The notes beneath the pieces are model-generated. The model was not told the origin of the DNA, searched no databases, and saw nothing but the letters and a program-made list of their open reading frames with translations. A DNA stretch of 64,000 bases from Candidatus Thorarchaeota archaeon (GTDB taxonomy: Archaea; Asgardarchaeota; Thorarchaeia; Thorarchaeales; Thorarchaeaceae): assembly GCA_004524445.1 (NCBI GenBank), contig SDNP01000006.1:36914-100913 (forward strand). Direction: 5' to 3'. Of the stretch, positions 37,748 through 47,833 are shown piece by piece (within the stretch, counting starts at the first letter, position 1; each line of letters starts with the position of its first letter). The translations under genes were made by a program, and so were the position numbers.

Positions 37748-38269
37748 ATGACAGTGTATGAGTTTGAGGAACGGATACCCCAAATCGGGAAGGACTCGTT
37801 TGTGAGCCCTTCTGCATCGGTCATCGGGAAAGTTGTGATTGGTCAAGAGTGTTATGTTGCCCCTGGCGCAGTTGTGAAAGGGGATTATGGTGAGATTGAA
37901 ATCGGAGATGGTACTAGTGTACAGGACAACGTGGTTGTACATGCTCGGCCCAATGAGAAAACAACTATTGGAGATAATGTGACTTTGGGACATGGATGTA
38001 TCATTCATAACGCCACAATTGAGGATGAGGCGGTCATTGGGATGGGCGCCATAGTTTCTGATTATGCGGTAGTAGGAAATTGGGCCATTATTGGCGAGGG
38101 GGCTGTCGTGAAGGCACGTTCTACGATTGCATCAGAAAAAATAGCTGTAGGAGTTCCAGCAAAGGTAATCGCAGATGTTCAGGACCATCATCGCAAAGAG
38201 CTGTCTGAATTTAAATACATATACCGAAGCCTGGCAAGGCGATATCCCTCTGGTCTAAAAGAAATCTAG
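37748..38269 (+). CDS. Gamma-class carbonic anhydrase family (YrdA-like) hexapeptide-repeat protein
   Basis: VQDNVVVH, TLGHGCIIH and GVPAK motifs. Confidence 0.9.
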   Translation: MTVYEFEERIPQIGKDSFVSPSASVIGKVVIGQECYVAPGAVVKGDYGEIEIGDGTSVQDNVVVHARPNEKTTIGDNVTLGHGCIIHNATIEDEAVIGMGAIVSDYAVVGNWAIIGEGAVVKARSTIASEKIAVGVPAKVIADVQDHHRKELSEFKYIYRSLARRYPSGLKEI

Positions 38270-38295
38270 ACCAGTGCACTCTGTTACTGGTTGTT

Positions 38296-39054
38296 TTAGA
38301 CCATTGATATCAGCTTATCTCGATTGAATCTACCGAGCGCAATTGCCCATGAAACTGAAAATAGGACAACAGCAATCATAAGTGTCAGCAGATTTGTCAG
38401 CCATATCACTGTTGGATTGGGAACTCCTTGCTCGATTCCGATGAGAGGAAATATCATTGGAATCATAAAGATAAGAATAACAGCTCCTGATGATTGATAT
38501 GCCTCATAGACACGAGAAACTTTTCCACTGATTATAATCATCACTGCAACAACTGCGAATATCATTACGGGAGCTGCTGTGAAGATTAAGAAGAGTCCCG
38601 GCAAATCTGGTATAAGAACGAGAGGCGCCCCTATCAAAAGCAATGCCACGTTGCTCGCAATCATAGATACCAGAGTGCCGCCAAAAAGAATAACCAAGCA
38701 TGGTATTGCAGAACTGAGTGTTTTGCCCACTAGAAGGTCTCTATCTGTAAGTGGGGTACATAGTAGCGGTTCAAGAGTATTTTGTTCTTTCTCGCCTACT
38801 AATGCGTTTGCTGAAATCATGGTCGCTGGCATTATTCCAAAGATTGCTAACAATGAGGCAGTATAAGGCGCCAAGAAACCCATGAGTTCGGGAATCTCAC
38901 TTGGGGGTACTAGGATAGCAGTTCCGACCGTAGACAATACGACCATAATCGGACCAAACGCTCCTGCCATTATCAATCCATATTTTACCATACTTATTTC
39001 CAGAGCCATCTTCAGGTCTGTCTTGGCAACTATTAACGCCTTATTCATTGTCAT
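38296..39054 (-). CDS. ABC-2 type permease
   Basis: GEKEQNTLEPLLCTPLTDRDLLVGK motif. Confidence 0.88.
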   Translation of the reverse strand: MTMNKALIVAKTDLKMALEISMVKYGLIMAGAFGPIMVVLSTVGTAILVPPSEIPELMGFLAPYTASLLAIFGIMPATMISANALVGEKEQNTLEPLLCTPLTDRDLLVGKTLSSAIPCLVILFGGTLVSMIASNVALLLIGAPLVLIPDLPGLFLIFTAAPVMIFAVVAVMIIISGKVSRVYEAYQSSGAVILIFMIPMIFPLIGIEQGVPNPTVIWLTNLLTLMIAVVLFSVSWAIALGRFNRDKLISMV

Positions 39055-40004
39055 CAGACACTTCCCTCCCTGACAACCTGTAAGTAGATATCCTCAAGGG
39101 TAGCTTCCTCTTCTACCATTTCTACAATGTCAACACCCTGACCTAAAAGGACACGAAGCAAGGAGGGATTGTTCGATCTAGCATTCTCAACCTCAACAAC
39201 CAGTGAATCTATGCCTACTTCAGCCAGTTTGACATAGGGTTGCTGCTCTGCAATCTCCTTAGCTTTTTCTATTCCTTCCGCAATGATCATCCTAAATACT
39301 CGTTTCGTTCGCAGTTTATCCGTTAGTTCTCGAGTTTTTCCAGAAATGAGAATCTCCCCCTTATCGATTATGGCCACTCTATCACAGATTCTTTCTATTT
39401 CTGCTAGATTGTGGGAATTGATGAAGAAAGTCTGGCCATACTCCCTCGAGAGATTTAGAATCAGCTGACGCACTCGCTTGGCTGCAATTGGGTCTAAAGA
39501 TGATGTTGGTTCGTCCAACAATAGAACAGTGGGTTCATGAAGCATTGCCCTACACAATGCGACTCTTTGTCGATTCCCCGAACTTAATTTGCCTGCCGCA
39601 TCGTCTTTTCGGTTCCATAAGCCCATGAACTCAAGAAGTTCCTTGACACGACTCGGAATTTCTTCATCCTTCATACCATATAATCGAGCGAAATAGACCA
39701 AATTGTCATACGCAGACATGTTTTCATAGAGTGTGTGATTTGCTTCCTCTGGAAGAACACCGGTTGTTTGTCGAACTTCAACAGGATCCTGCAAAATGTC
39801 TATGCCTGAAACTGATGCAGTCCCTTTATCCGGCTTGAGAAGCGTGCAGAGAAGTCGTACCGTTGTGCTCTTTCCTGCTCCATTCGGCCCTAAGAGACCA
39901 AATATGGATCCTTTGGGAACATCCAATGAAACGTTATCGACAGCAGTTATTTCACCAAATCTCTTTGTTAATCCCTGAATCTTGACTTCAAAAGTCGTTT
40001 CCAT
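39054..40004 (-). CDS. ABC transporter ATP-binding protein
   Basis: GPNGAGKST, LSSGNRQR and LLDEPT motifs. Confidence 0.93.
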   Translation of the reverse strand: METTFEVKIQGLTKRFGEITAVDNVSLDVPKGSIFGLLGPNGAGKSTTVRLLCTLLKPDKGTASVSGIDILQDPVEVRQTTGVLPEEANHTLYENMSAYDNLVYFARLYGMKDEEIPSRVKELLEFMGLWNRKDDAAGKLSSGNRQRVALCRAMLHEPTVLLLDEPTSSLDPIAAKRVRQLILNLSREYGQTFFINSHNLAEIERICDRVAIIDKGEILISGKTRELTDKLRTKRVFRMIIAEGIEKAKEIAEQQPYVKLAEVGIDSLVVEVENARSNNPSLLRVLLGQGVDIVEMVEEEATLEDIYLQVVREGSV

Positions 40005-40129
40005 ATATGCTACCTCCACGGCTAGGAGTCACACTACTTGAAAATTTCCTTGAGTTATCAATCTATCCACAAAAAAATTTGCGGAGTGCATTGACTCAGG
40101 GCCAAGCCTACAAATTCTTTGAGATTATC

Positions 40130-40381
40130 TCACACCGATATCATTTTTTCCACGACTGCGGTTGTTGTATCTGCGATACCTGGTATTTTGTGAATATGAT
40201 CCACAGTCAAATCATATAGCGCCTCTAAGCTCGGCACCTCAACTAAGACCACTATGTCATACTCACCTGTTGTGACTGCAACTCTGATAGCAGCGTCTAT
40301 CTTTCGAAGTTCAGCTACTACTAAATCTGTCTTCCCAATTTCAACCGCCATCAAGATGTATGCTTTTATTTCATTAGCCAT
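40130..40381 (-). CDS. Stand-alone Lrp/AsnC ligand-binding (RAM) domain protein
   Basis: TGEYDIVV...IHKIPGIADTTTAVV. Confidence 0.85.
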   Translation of the reverse strand: MANEIKAYILMAVEIGKTDLVVAELRKIDAAIRVAVTTGEYDIVVLVEVPSLEALYDLTVDHIHKIPGIADTTTAVVEKMISV

Positions 40382-40406
40382 ATTCAGTTCTCCTCCATTT
40401 CTCTTT

Positions 40407-41666
40407 TCATCTATGATCTCTCAGAATAACTAGAGTATTCACTTGCTTGACCCCTGGGATTTTCTGGATCTTGTGTAGTATTTTTGTTCTAGCCTTGCTA
40501 AGACTTCTGCTTTTGATACTCAGAATATAATCATGTTTCCCAGCTAGTCCTGATACACTCTCGACCCCCTTTATTGCGAACAATTCTGGCAAGATGTCCC
40601 CTACTTGCGGCTCCACATTAACAATCACAAGAGACCTAACATCCGATGCCTCTAACGCTATAACGCCCATCATTACAAGAGTGACTCCGAAGATTTTGAG
40701 AACCCACAACATACTATCTGAGGCGATACCACCAAATGCACCAGGCAAAAGGAAGTTTCCAATCAGCGTCATGGGAATACCCAGTACTACAGAAATTGAA
40801 GACAACGAGTTAACGATGGCAGTCGTACCTCTTCCCAAAGCACGGATATACATTATCAGAGAGAAGAAGGTGGCAACCGAAGAACCCACCATTAGCCAGA
40901 AGCCAGCATCAAATGATTGCATTATCTGATTCATACCATCAGGAGGTATGAATGGAATACTCAATGCAGTCATTATTATATTCAGAAACAGTAGACTCCA
41001 AATTCGCATATTCAATGAATCTACCCTCAAGCCTTCCGAAAGCTCATATCTTTTGGTTTTCCGCTGAAGGAAGGTCGTAACTGCAGATGACACATTCATT
41101 GGCAATAATACAATTAGAAGCGTCACCACATTGAATCCTCCTGGCTCGATTCCAACTAACATGACTCCTAGCATTATGGAAACCACACATTGAAGCTCAA
41201 TAATTGTTGGCGTGTCCTTTTCAGCAACAAGGTCTCCAATGAGCAGATATATGATGACCAATTGACCATAAGGGAGCACTACTGATGCGTCAGTTGAACC
41301 AGCGAGAATATAGTAAAAGAATGTTGAAATTCCAGCAAATGATCCCGCAATGAATAGATACAGCATTGGCCTTGAGGGCAGCAAACTAATTCTGCCAAAG
41401 TCCGGATCTAATTCGTAGCCTAATGCTCTCCTTTTTCCCTCCCGACTAATCTTAATGCTAAGAATGACGACCAGGGTTAATGTTATTGCGAAACTAACCC
41501 ACTGCGAAATCAATCCGTAGATGATCGGGTTGCTAGCAAAGGTGTTGAGTGCCACAATATCAAAGCCCACTGAGAAGGTGCGCATCACTCCTGCACCAAT
41601 AGCTAGAATATAAAACAAGGAGATTGTAGACCGACCACTAACCGGCCTTTGACTGGAACCACTCAT
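40407..41666 (-). CDS. EamA/DMT-type membrane transporter fused to a C-terminal Lrp/AsnC RAM domain
   Basis: About 10 TM helices followed by AGKHDYILSIK...IQKIPGVKQVNTLVIL. Confidence 0.75.
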   Translation of the reverse strand: MSGSSQRPVSGRSTISLFYILAIGAGVMRTFSVGFDIVALNTFASNPIIYGLISQWVSFAITLTLVVILSIKISREGKRRALGYELDPDFGRISLLPSRPMLYLFIAGSFAGISTFFYYILAGSTDASVVLPYGQLVIIYLLIGDLVAEKDTPTIIELQCVVSIMLGVMLVGIEPGGFNVVTLLIVLLPMNVSSAVTTFLQRKTKRYELSEGLRVDSLNMRIWSLLFLNIIMTALSIPFIPPDGMNQIMQSFDAGFWLMVGSSVATFFSLIMYIRALGRGTTAIVNSLSSISVVLGIPMTLIGNFLLPGAFGGIASDSMLWVLKIFGVTLVMMGVIALEASDVRSLVIVNVEPQVGDILPELFAIKGVESVSGLAGKHDYILSIKSRSLSKARTKILHKIQKIPGVKQVNTLVILRDHR

Positions 41667-41748
41667 TCCTCTCCCTCACTGCTGCATTTTGAACTTCCCT
41701 ATAATCGGGGGATTCTTGTGGCTTCACAGATAAGATGATGGATCATTC

Positions 41749-42693
41749 TTATGATTTTTCTTCAGATTCTTCATCTTCATCCTTGTTCAATTCATCAGAT
41801 AAGCCACGGCGGGCCAAGATGAATTCATCGAAGGTCAGTCGTTTGCCAGCCTTAAGCTTATCTACAGCCTCATCTTCCTTTTCGCGACGGCTCTCTCTCT
41901 GCTTCTTTCGCCGCTCGTGTCGACGAGCTTCCCTAGAATCAGTAGATTGCTTTCTAATTTTTGACTGAATCTCATCAATCTGTTGACGGACTTCCTTCAG
42001 TTGTTCTTCTCCGGCTTTGACCTTTTTGAGCCACTCGACAAAATTCTGATGCGCAGTGTCTGCGGCCTTTTTATATTCCTCAAGTTGAGGTCTAATTCTA
42101 ACAACCTCTCGATGGTGAACCTGAGACTTCTCTGATAGGTCGAGTACCTTTTGATGTGCGTCAGAAGCTTCGCCCTTGAGCTTTCTTGCGAGCCGTCTCA
42201 ATTCATGTATTCGATCTTGTTTCTCCTTTTCTTGTCCAATCTTGACGAGTTTCTTTTCAATTTCTGCGACTTCTTCGACGAGAGCTCGTTCCTCTTCTAT
42301 GGTAAGCTGTTCTGTTTGTTGCTTCCATTCCAATTCTTCGACTCTACGCATCATCTTGCGTTGGTCATTTGATGGGCTTCCCACCAAGTTACTGCGTAGC
42401 TCTCTAATCTCATCATACAAGCTCTTAAGCTGATCATGAAGAGCTGTTCTCTTATCTTTCCACTCTTGAATCTCGTCATTGATTCTATCTCGTTCCTGCC
42501 TCTCAGCCTTTACTGATTCAATTAGATTCTGGACTTCCTTATTGTAATCGTCTCTGATGCGTTTGTACTCGCGCATCTTATCCCGATTGTTTCTTAATTC
42601 AGTCAAGTAGTCTCTTGCTTCAGTCTTTAATTCCCTGAGTTTAGCCCGAAGGAACTCAATATCTTCTGACGTTGTCTCGGCCGCTTCTGTCAA
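41749..42693 (-). CDS. Archaeal coiled-coil protein (COG1340-like)
   Basis: Continuous heptads, LEWKQQT...EEERALVEEV and KLKAGKRLTFDEF. Confidence 0.8.
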   Translation of the reverse strand: MTEAAETTSEDIEFLRAKLRELKTEARDYLTELRNNRDKMREYKRIRDDYNKEVQNLIESVKAERQERDRINDEIQEWKDKRTALHDQLKSLYDEIRELRSNLVGSPSNDQRKMMRRVEELEWKQQTEQLTIEEERALVEEVAEIEKKLVKIGQEKEKQDRIHELRRLARKLKGEASDAHQKVLDLSEKSQVHHREVVRIRPQLEEYKKAADTAHQNFVEWLKKVKAGEEQLKEVRQQIDEIQSKIRKQSTDSREARRHERRKKQRESRREKEDEAVDKLKAGKRLTFDEFILARRGLSDELNKDEDEESEEKS

Positions 42694-42843
42694 AATCTGA
42701 AACCTCAGAATTTCGTTTTACTAAGCCCTGCTTTGCAGGACGGATTTCCCTTGAATAGCCCAATTTGGTTTATGGGCGATATATTCAAACTCAACCCCTC
42801 CTAGCTGTCTTTTAAAGTTATTCATGAAGCTCTCCTTGATGCC

Positions 42844-43731
42844 TCAGAATTCTGCATTTATGAGGCTATCAGCTATCAAATCCGCAATATCAACATCAGA
42901 AATTCGTTGTAGAGCATTCCATCCTGGAGTTGCATTCACTTCAAGAATCCATAATTCTCCATTATTGTCTGGGATGATATCTACGCCAACAATGCGTCCC
43001 GATACAGATTTGGCAGCTGCTATGGCGAGGTCAGAAACATTAATGTCATTATTTCGTGCTCTGCCTCCTGAGTGAATGTTGGTTACAAAACCATCATCGG
43101 AATATCTTTGCATGGTAGCCACCACTTCACCATCTAATACAAAAGCTCGGATATCAAAGCCCGGTCCCTCTATAAGCTCTTGGAGGATATATGCTCCTTT
43201 TCCGAACATCTGTGAATGGAATTTCAAATAATCATATACATTTTCAATGTCAAACTGCTCACTGATGAGTTGAACGCCTAATCCACCAAATCCTGTAATG
43301 GGTTTCAGTACGCAGGGATGATTTTCTAGGACAAATTCAGCGGCTGTTTCAATGGACTCTGTGATTAGTGTTCGAGGTACCGGCAGTCCTCCAGAAATGA
43401 GCTTTCTCATTGACTCGGATTTGTTCCTCATCAATAATATGGATGCGACCGAGTTGATTACTTCTACACCCATCTCGGTTAATGCAGATAGTAACCCAAC
43501 TCTATTGAAGAATGCACCTATATCATTAGCACCTAGATCCAACACGAGTAGAGCGTCAAGCTTTGAAAGATTATTATTGCCTAACATAATGCGGTGCCTA
43601 TCTGTTGCTCCCTCACGAGATACTTTCCATGGAATTACACGAATAGCAGACTCACCTCGGTCTTCTATTAGTTCTTTCAGACGATTCATCCTTCTCGACC
43701 AAGGATCTGACGAGAATAATCCAATCTTCAT
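42844..43731 (-). CDS. RimK-family ATP-grasp ligase
   Basis: VLKPITGFGGLG, DIRAFV, TNIHSGG and LEVNATPG motifs. Confidence 0.9.
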   Translation of the reverse strand: MKIGLFSSDPWSRRMNRLKELIEDRGESAIRVIPWKVSREGATDRHRIMLGNNNLSKLDALLVLDLGANDIGAFFNRVGLLSALTEMGVEVINSVASILLMRNKSESMRKLISGGLPVPRTLITESIETAAEFVLENHPCVLKPITGFGGLGVQLISEQFDIENVYDYLKFHSQMFGKGAYILQELIEGPGFDIRAFVLDGEVVATMQRYSDDGFVTNIHSGGRARNNDINVSDLAIAAAKSVSGRIVGVDIIPDNNGELWILEVNATPGWNALQRISDVDIADLIADSLINAEF

Positions 43732-43838
43732 TTTCTATACTGATGAAGAAAGAAGCCCACCTTATTATAACCATTCACTTTGCAGATACATAACGAGCGC
43801 CTTTTATGGATAGAACTCCACCGCTATTTTGAATCAAA

Positions 43839-44228
43839 ATGAGCCTGTTTTCCGAAGCAGAGATGCAAAGAATATGTGATTTCATTGGAGATTCGGAAAA
43901 TAGCGTTTTAGTGACTTTCAGACAAAAATACGGGCCCACACGTCTAAAGAAAATATGGTTCAAATCCCTTGAGGGAGTGATTAATGAGGAATCTTGCATA
44001 AGCTGGTGGTCAAGTGCAGGTCAGATGGGCCTATTAGAATGTGACACACAGACAGGCACTTCAGTCTACGCTCAATGGATTTTAGGGGATTTTAACGAGC
44101 TTATCGGACTGTTTGAAATAGATGAGGATGAGGTTGTTAGCATTAGAGAGGGTTTTGACTCAGCAAATGTTGCATCCTCCGCAATGAGGGCATTAAGAAT
44201 TGGCGAAACTGGGGGCGAAAAAGAATAG
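43839..44228 (+). CDS. Hypothetical protein
   Basis: 129-aa ORF filling the gap between two - strand genes. Confidence 0.6.
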   Translation: MSLFSEAEMQRICDFIGDSENSVLVTFRQKYGPTRLKKIWFKSLEGVINEESCISWWSSAGQMGLLECDTQTGTSVYAQWILGDFNELIGLFEIDEDEVVSIREGFDSANVASSAMRALRIGETGGEKE

Positions 44229-44251
44229 CTTTCCCTCTTCTCAATTCACGG

Positions 44252-46084
44252 TCAATCAACTGTTAACGTCTTTGATAGATTTCTTGGGAGATCTGGATTT
44301 ATGCCTTTATCAACCGAGAGATAATAGCTCAATAGTTGTAGAGGGATAACATCAATTAAGGGATTCAGAAGCACAGGAGATTTTGGAACCGCCAGGTAAT
44401 CGCCATCATTGTCAACATATGGAAGAAGCTTGTCCTCTTTCTCCCCAACAATTATTGCCCTTCCCCCTCTACAAGTGACTTCATTGATATGATTGATAAT
44501 CATCCACGAGTCTTCTGTGGTGGTCACAAAAAATACAGGATATTCATCCGTAACGATGCTGAGTGGGCCATGTTTGAATTCTGAACTATACATCCCCTCG
44601 CAATGATTGTAACAGATTTCTTTTATTTTTAGTGCTCCCTCGCGGGCAACGCCATCTGTTAGCCCATAACCAAGGCAATAGAGGTCGGGGACGTCAATCA
44701 ATGTTCTTGCTAGTTCCTTAGCAAGAATGCCGGATTTATTCATTGTATCCTTTGTGAGCCGAGGGAGATTCTTCTTTAGTGCGGAAATGAACTGCTCTCC
44801 TTCCCTTGGATCTAGGTGCCCATTTCTTACTCCTAGTTTAGCTGCAAGATATGCGAAGATTATCGTTTGCGAGAAATACGTTTTTGTGGCTGGGACACTA
44901 ACTTCGTAACCACACACCATTGGAATATATGCATCAGCATTGAACATCAGTGTGCTGCCAATAACATTCAGAACTCCTAGAGTCTTGCCCAAATCATCAT
45001 TCTTCACACGATTCAGTACATTGATGATATCTTTTGTTTCCCCACTCTGCGAAACCAAAATACAAAGACTATCCTCATCCAACGTTTTTCCGTATAGAGG
45101 TTCAAACTGTCCTCCAATGGCTGGAATTATTGGGACCCCCGCGAGTCGATTGAAATAATATGAACCAACAATCCCCGCATTGTAGGATGAACCACAAGCT
45201 ACAAGATATTGTCGGTTCGAGTTTTCAATCATCTGAATCCATTTATCTGATTTTGGTCCTTCAAGAACACCAAGCACGTCTTCTGCTACTTGTGGTTGCT
45301 CATTTATCTCCTTTAGCATGAAATGGGGGTATCCACCCTTCTCAGCTGCAGATGAATCAACACTTGTTATTTCTGCTTCGCGATGCAATTCTTTTCCGTC
45401 TTCTACTCGAAAGACACGAACAGAATCTGGAGTAAGTTCCACCATCTCGCCATCTTGAAGATAGACGACATTATTTGTCAGAGGAAGTATCGATGGAAGA
45501 TCACTCGAAACGATGGTTTCATGTTCTGCGATTCCTGCCACCAGTGAAGAGCCCATTTTTACTGCATAGATCTTTTTCTCATCAGCCCTTCCAACCGCAT
45601 AGGCGAATGCGCCCTGCAAATCCCTCGTGGAACACCGAACCGCCTCAAACATGTCGTCGGTTTGCTCGTAGTATTTGTCAACGGCATGAACACAGAGTTC
45701 TCCATCATTTTCAGATCTAATGTGATGACCGGTTTCCATTAATTCCCTCCTATATTCATAATAATTATGTAGATTCCCATTATGGGCACCATAGAAGTCT
45801 CGTGAACAACCAAAGTGTGGTTGGGCATTAGTCTTGGTGGGTGCTCCGTAAGTAGCCCACCGAAGCTGAGCTATCCCTCTATCTCCCTTCATCTTAGATA
45901 GTCCCAGTTCCTCATTTACATCCTCTATTTTGCCAACATCTTTTCTAAGGTCAACCATACCATTGACAACCGTGGCAATTCCAACAGAATCGTAGCCTCT
46001 GTATGTTAGCTTACTACTACATTCTACCAAAATTTGACCGATATCGGTTCTATTCTGGCTGACAATTCCCGTTATGCCGCACAC
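44252..46084 (-). CDS. glmS: Glutamine--fructose-6-phosphate transaminase (isomerizing)
   Basis: GTG start gives (M)CGITG; YRGYDSVG, SQSGET, EGALKIKE, EFKHGP and PRNLSKTLTVD motifs. Confidence 0.96.
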   Translation of the reverse strand: MCGITGIVSQNRTDIGQILVECSSKLTYRGYDSVGIATVVNGMVDLRKDVGKIEDVNEELGLSKMKGDRGIAQLRWATYGAPTKTNAQPHFGCSRDFYGAHNGNLHNYYEYRRELMETGHHIRSENDGELCVHAVDKYYEQTDDMFEAVRCSTRDLQGAFAYAVGRADEKKIYAVKMGSSLVAGIAEHETIVSSDLPSILPLTNNVVYLQDGEMVELTPDSVRVFRVEDGKELHREAEITSVDSSAAEKGGYPHFMLKEINEQPQVAEDVLGVLEGPKSDKWIQMIENSNRQYLVACGSSYNAGIVGSYYFNRLAGVPIIPAIGGQFEPLYGKTLDEDSLCILVSQSGETKDIINVLNRVKNDDLGKTLGVLNVIGSTLMFNADAYIPMVCGYEVSVPATKTYFSQTIIFAYLAAKLGVRNGHLDPREGEQFISALKKNLPRLTKDTMNKSGILAKELARTLIDVPDLYCLGYGLTDGVAREGALKIKEICYNHCEGMYSSEFKHGPLSIVTDEYPVFFVTTTEDSWMIINHINEVTCRGGRAIIVGEKEDKLLPYVDNDGDYLAVPKSPVLLNPLIDVIPLQLLSYYLSVDKGINPDLPRNLSKTLTVD

Positions 46085-46233
46085 AGTGCTCCCTCGATTC
46101 TTATCGTTTCGGTGTTGTTTGCTTATCAATGCGGTAATAAGACTTCTGCAACATAAACTGCTGTACAGCTTTCGAAGCCCTTTTATCGCTGTTAAGAATT
46201 AACGCAGGTTGAGAGAGAAGCGAGGACGAGCTG

Positions 46234-46929
46234 ATGAGCCGGCAGAAGCGACTAACGATGTTGCTACATCCATTCAGAAGGGAACTTTATCAGGTTCTAT
46301 GTGAGAATCCCGGAACCTATCTTCTGAACTTGGTAGACCTTCTGGAAAGCCCTCTGGGAACTCTTACATGGCATCTTAGGATTCTGGAGCGGGAGGGCTT
46401 GGTTAATTCTATGAAGTTTGCTGGCAAACGAATTTACTACCCAAAGATGCTACGTTCTACTCAAGCAGAGAAGGCGTACCTGACCATGCGCAGTGATACT
46501 GCTAAACGAGTATTTTCTTATGTAGTCAACAATCCTGGATGCTATCAGGAACAGATGGCCGAGGCTCTTGGAGTTCATCATGATACAATTCGCTGGCATG
46601 TTTCTCGCATGCGAAAGGTCGGTCTTGTGAGAATTAGGAGAGAAGGAAGAAAGAAGAAGCATTATCTCGATGAACTTGGCGAGGACCTTCTAGAAGGAAG
46701 CCTGAATACGATAACTGAAGCATACGTATTGTTCCTCATGGAAAAACTTGAGGACGGCTGTCTGAATCCCGAGATTCGTGAATCGACTCGAGAACAGGTT
46801 CTGATACGAATAGACTGTCCTGAAAAGGGGCGGGACTGCTTCATTAGAATCAATCTGAAGGATTGGCAGCTAGACTTCCTGTCGGACGAAGAAGATACGG
46901 AAGAATCCCCCGCAGAAAGCGATGACTGA
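46234..46929 (+). CDS. Double winged-helix transcriptional regulator (COG3398-like)
   Basis: Two NPG...WH winged-helix repeats. Confidence 0.85.
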   Translation: MSRQKRLTMLLHPFRRELYQVLCENPGTYLLNLVDLLESPLGTLTWHLRILEREGLVNSMKFAGKRIYYPKMLRSTQAEKAYLTMRSDTAKRVFSYVVNNPGCYQEQMAEALGVHHDTIRWHVSRMRKVGLVRIRREGRKKKHYLDELGEDLLEGSLNTITEAYVLFLMEKLEDGCLNPEIRESTREQVLIRIDCPEKGRDCFIRINLKDWQLDFLSDEEDTEESPAESDD

Positions 46930-46931
46930 GC

Positions 46932-47657
46932 CTAAATCATCTCAGTAACGAAATCTCTCACCCTTGAGGATAGGATTTCCGGACTAGGACCTTTGCATAC
47001 CGCAGCCAGAAGTCGTTTTTCGTCAATTCTCATCACTAGCAAATTGATGTCTTCAGCATTTATCGAAATATAGTCGGTTTGCGGAGAGAATGTGAGGCCG
47101 TTTGAGAATATCGAGCTTGTCAATGCGGCGACCTCTACATCATTATCAAAGCCAACTGAGCCAAGGGGCATTCCCTCCTGTGTTAAGACCATTGCTTGGT
47201 TTATTTGGGGAATGGACTTGACTATTTTGCCTAGGATTGTTTCCTTGCCAAACTCACTATGTGCACCCATCAGAATTTCAATCCGCGTTAATAGTGATTG
47301 AAAGCTTGCCCTAAATTGGTTCACCTCAAAACCTGAATCGTCCGCACGAGAAATAACTAGGACCAGATGGTAATGCGGTTGGATAAAAGTGAGTATTCTC
47401 TCGACAGGGGTTGAATGAATGAGGTGGGACGGAGCTACATTTCCGAGCTGGGATAATGTCGTGGATCCTGCCCAACTGAGTGCTGCTGAAACTGTTGACA
47501 ACAATCGAGGATCGGTTTCTTCATCTCGCGCAACAGAAGCCACTACTACTCCTTCCTTTGTGGCGAGAACTACACATCTTATGGCTCTGTGCAGCTGAAG
47601 CGCGTCTTTGAGCAGACCTGTTACTTCTCCGAGTGTGTCTTCAACCAATGCAAACAC
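46932..47657 (-). CDS. Tandem (double) Roadblock/LC7 domain protein
   Basis: Two repeats: VVLATKEGVVVAS...LSTVSAAL and AMVLTQEGMPLGS...VAALTSSI. Confidence 0.78.
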   Translation of the reverse strand: MFALVEDTLGEVTGLLKDALQLHRAIRCVVLATKEGVVVASVARDEETDPRLLSTVSAALSWAGSTTLSQLGNVAPSHLIHSTPVERILTFIQPHYHLVLVISRADDSGFEVNQFRASFQSLLTRIEILMGAHSEFGKETILGKIVKSIPQINQAMVLTQEGMPLGSVGFDNDVEVAALTSSIFSNGLTFSPQTDYISINAEDINLLVMRIDEKRLLAAVCKGPSPEILSSRVRDFVTEMI

Positions 47658-47833
47658 CTACAGCACATAGTTGCATATGTAATCTGTCTCCGCCTTATTT
47701 ATAGCTCTTGATTGAGAGTATTTTGACCATGAGGATTACTGGATATGAATCAATAGAATAACAGATTTCTGGAGCCAATAGGTTTAAATCGGCGCGACTT
47801 CGAGATGCCATTATTGACCCTGGAGGAAGCATA

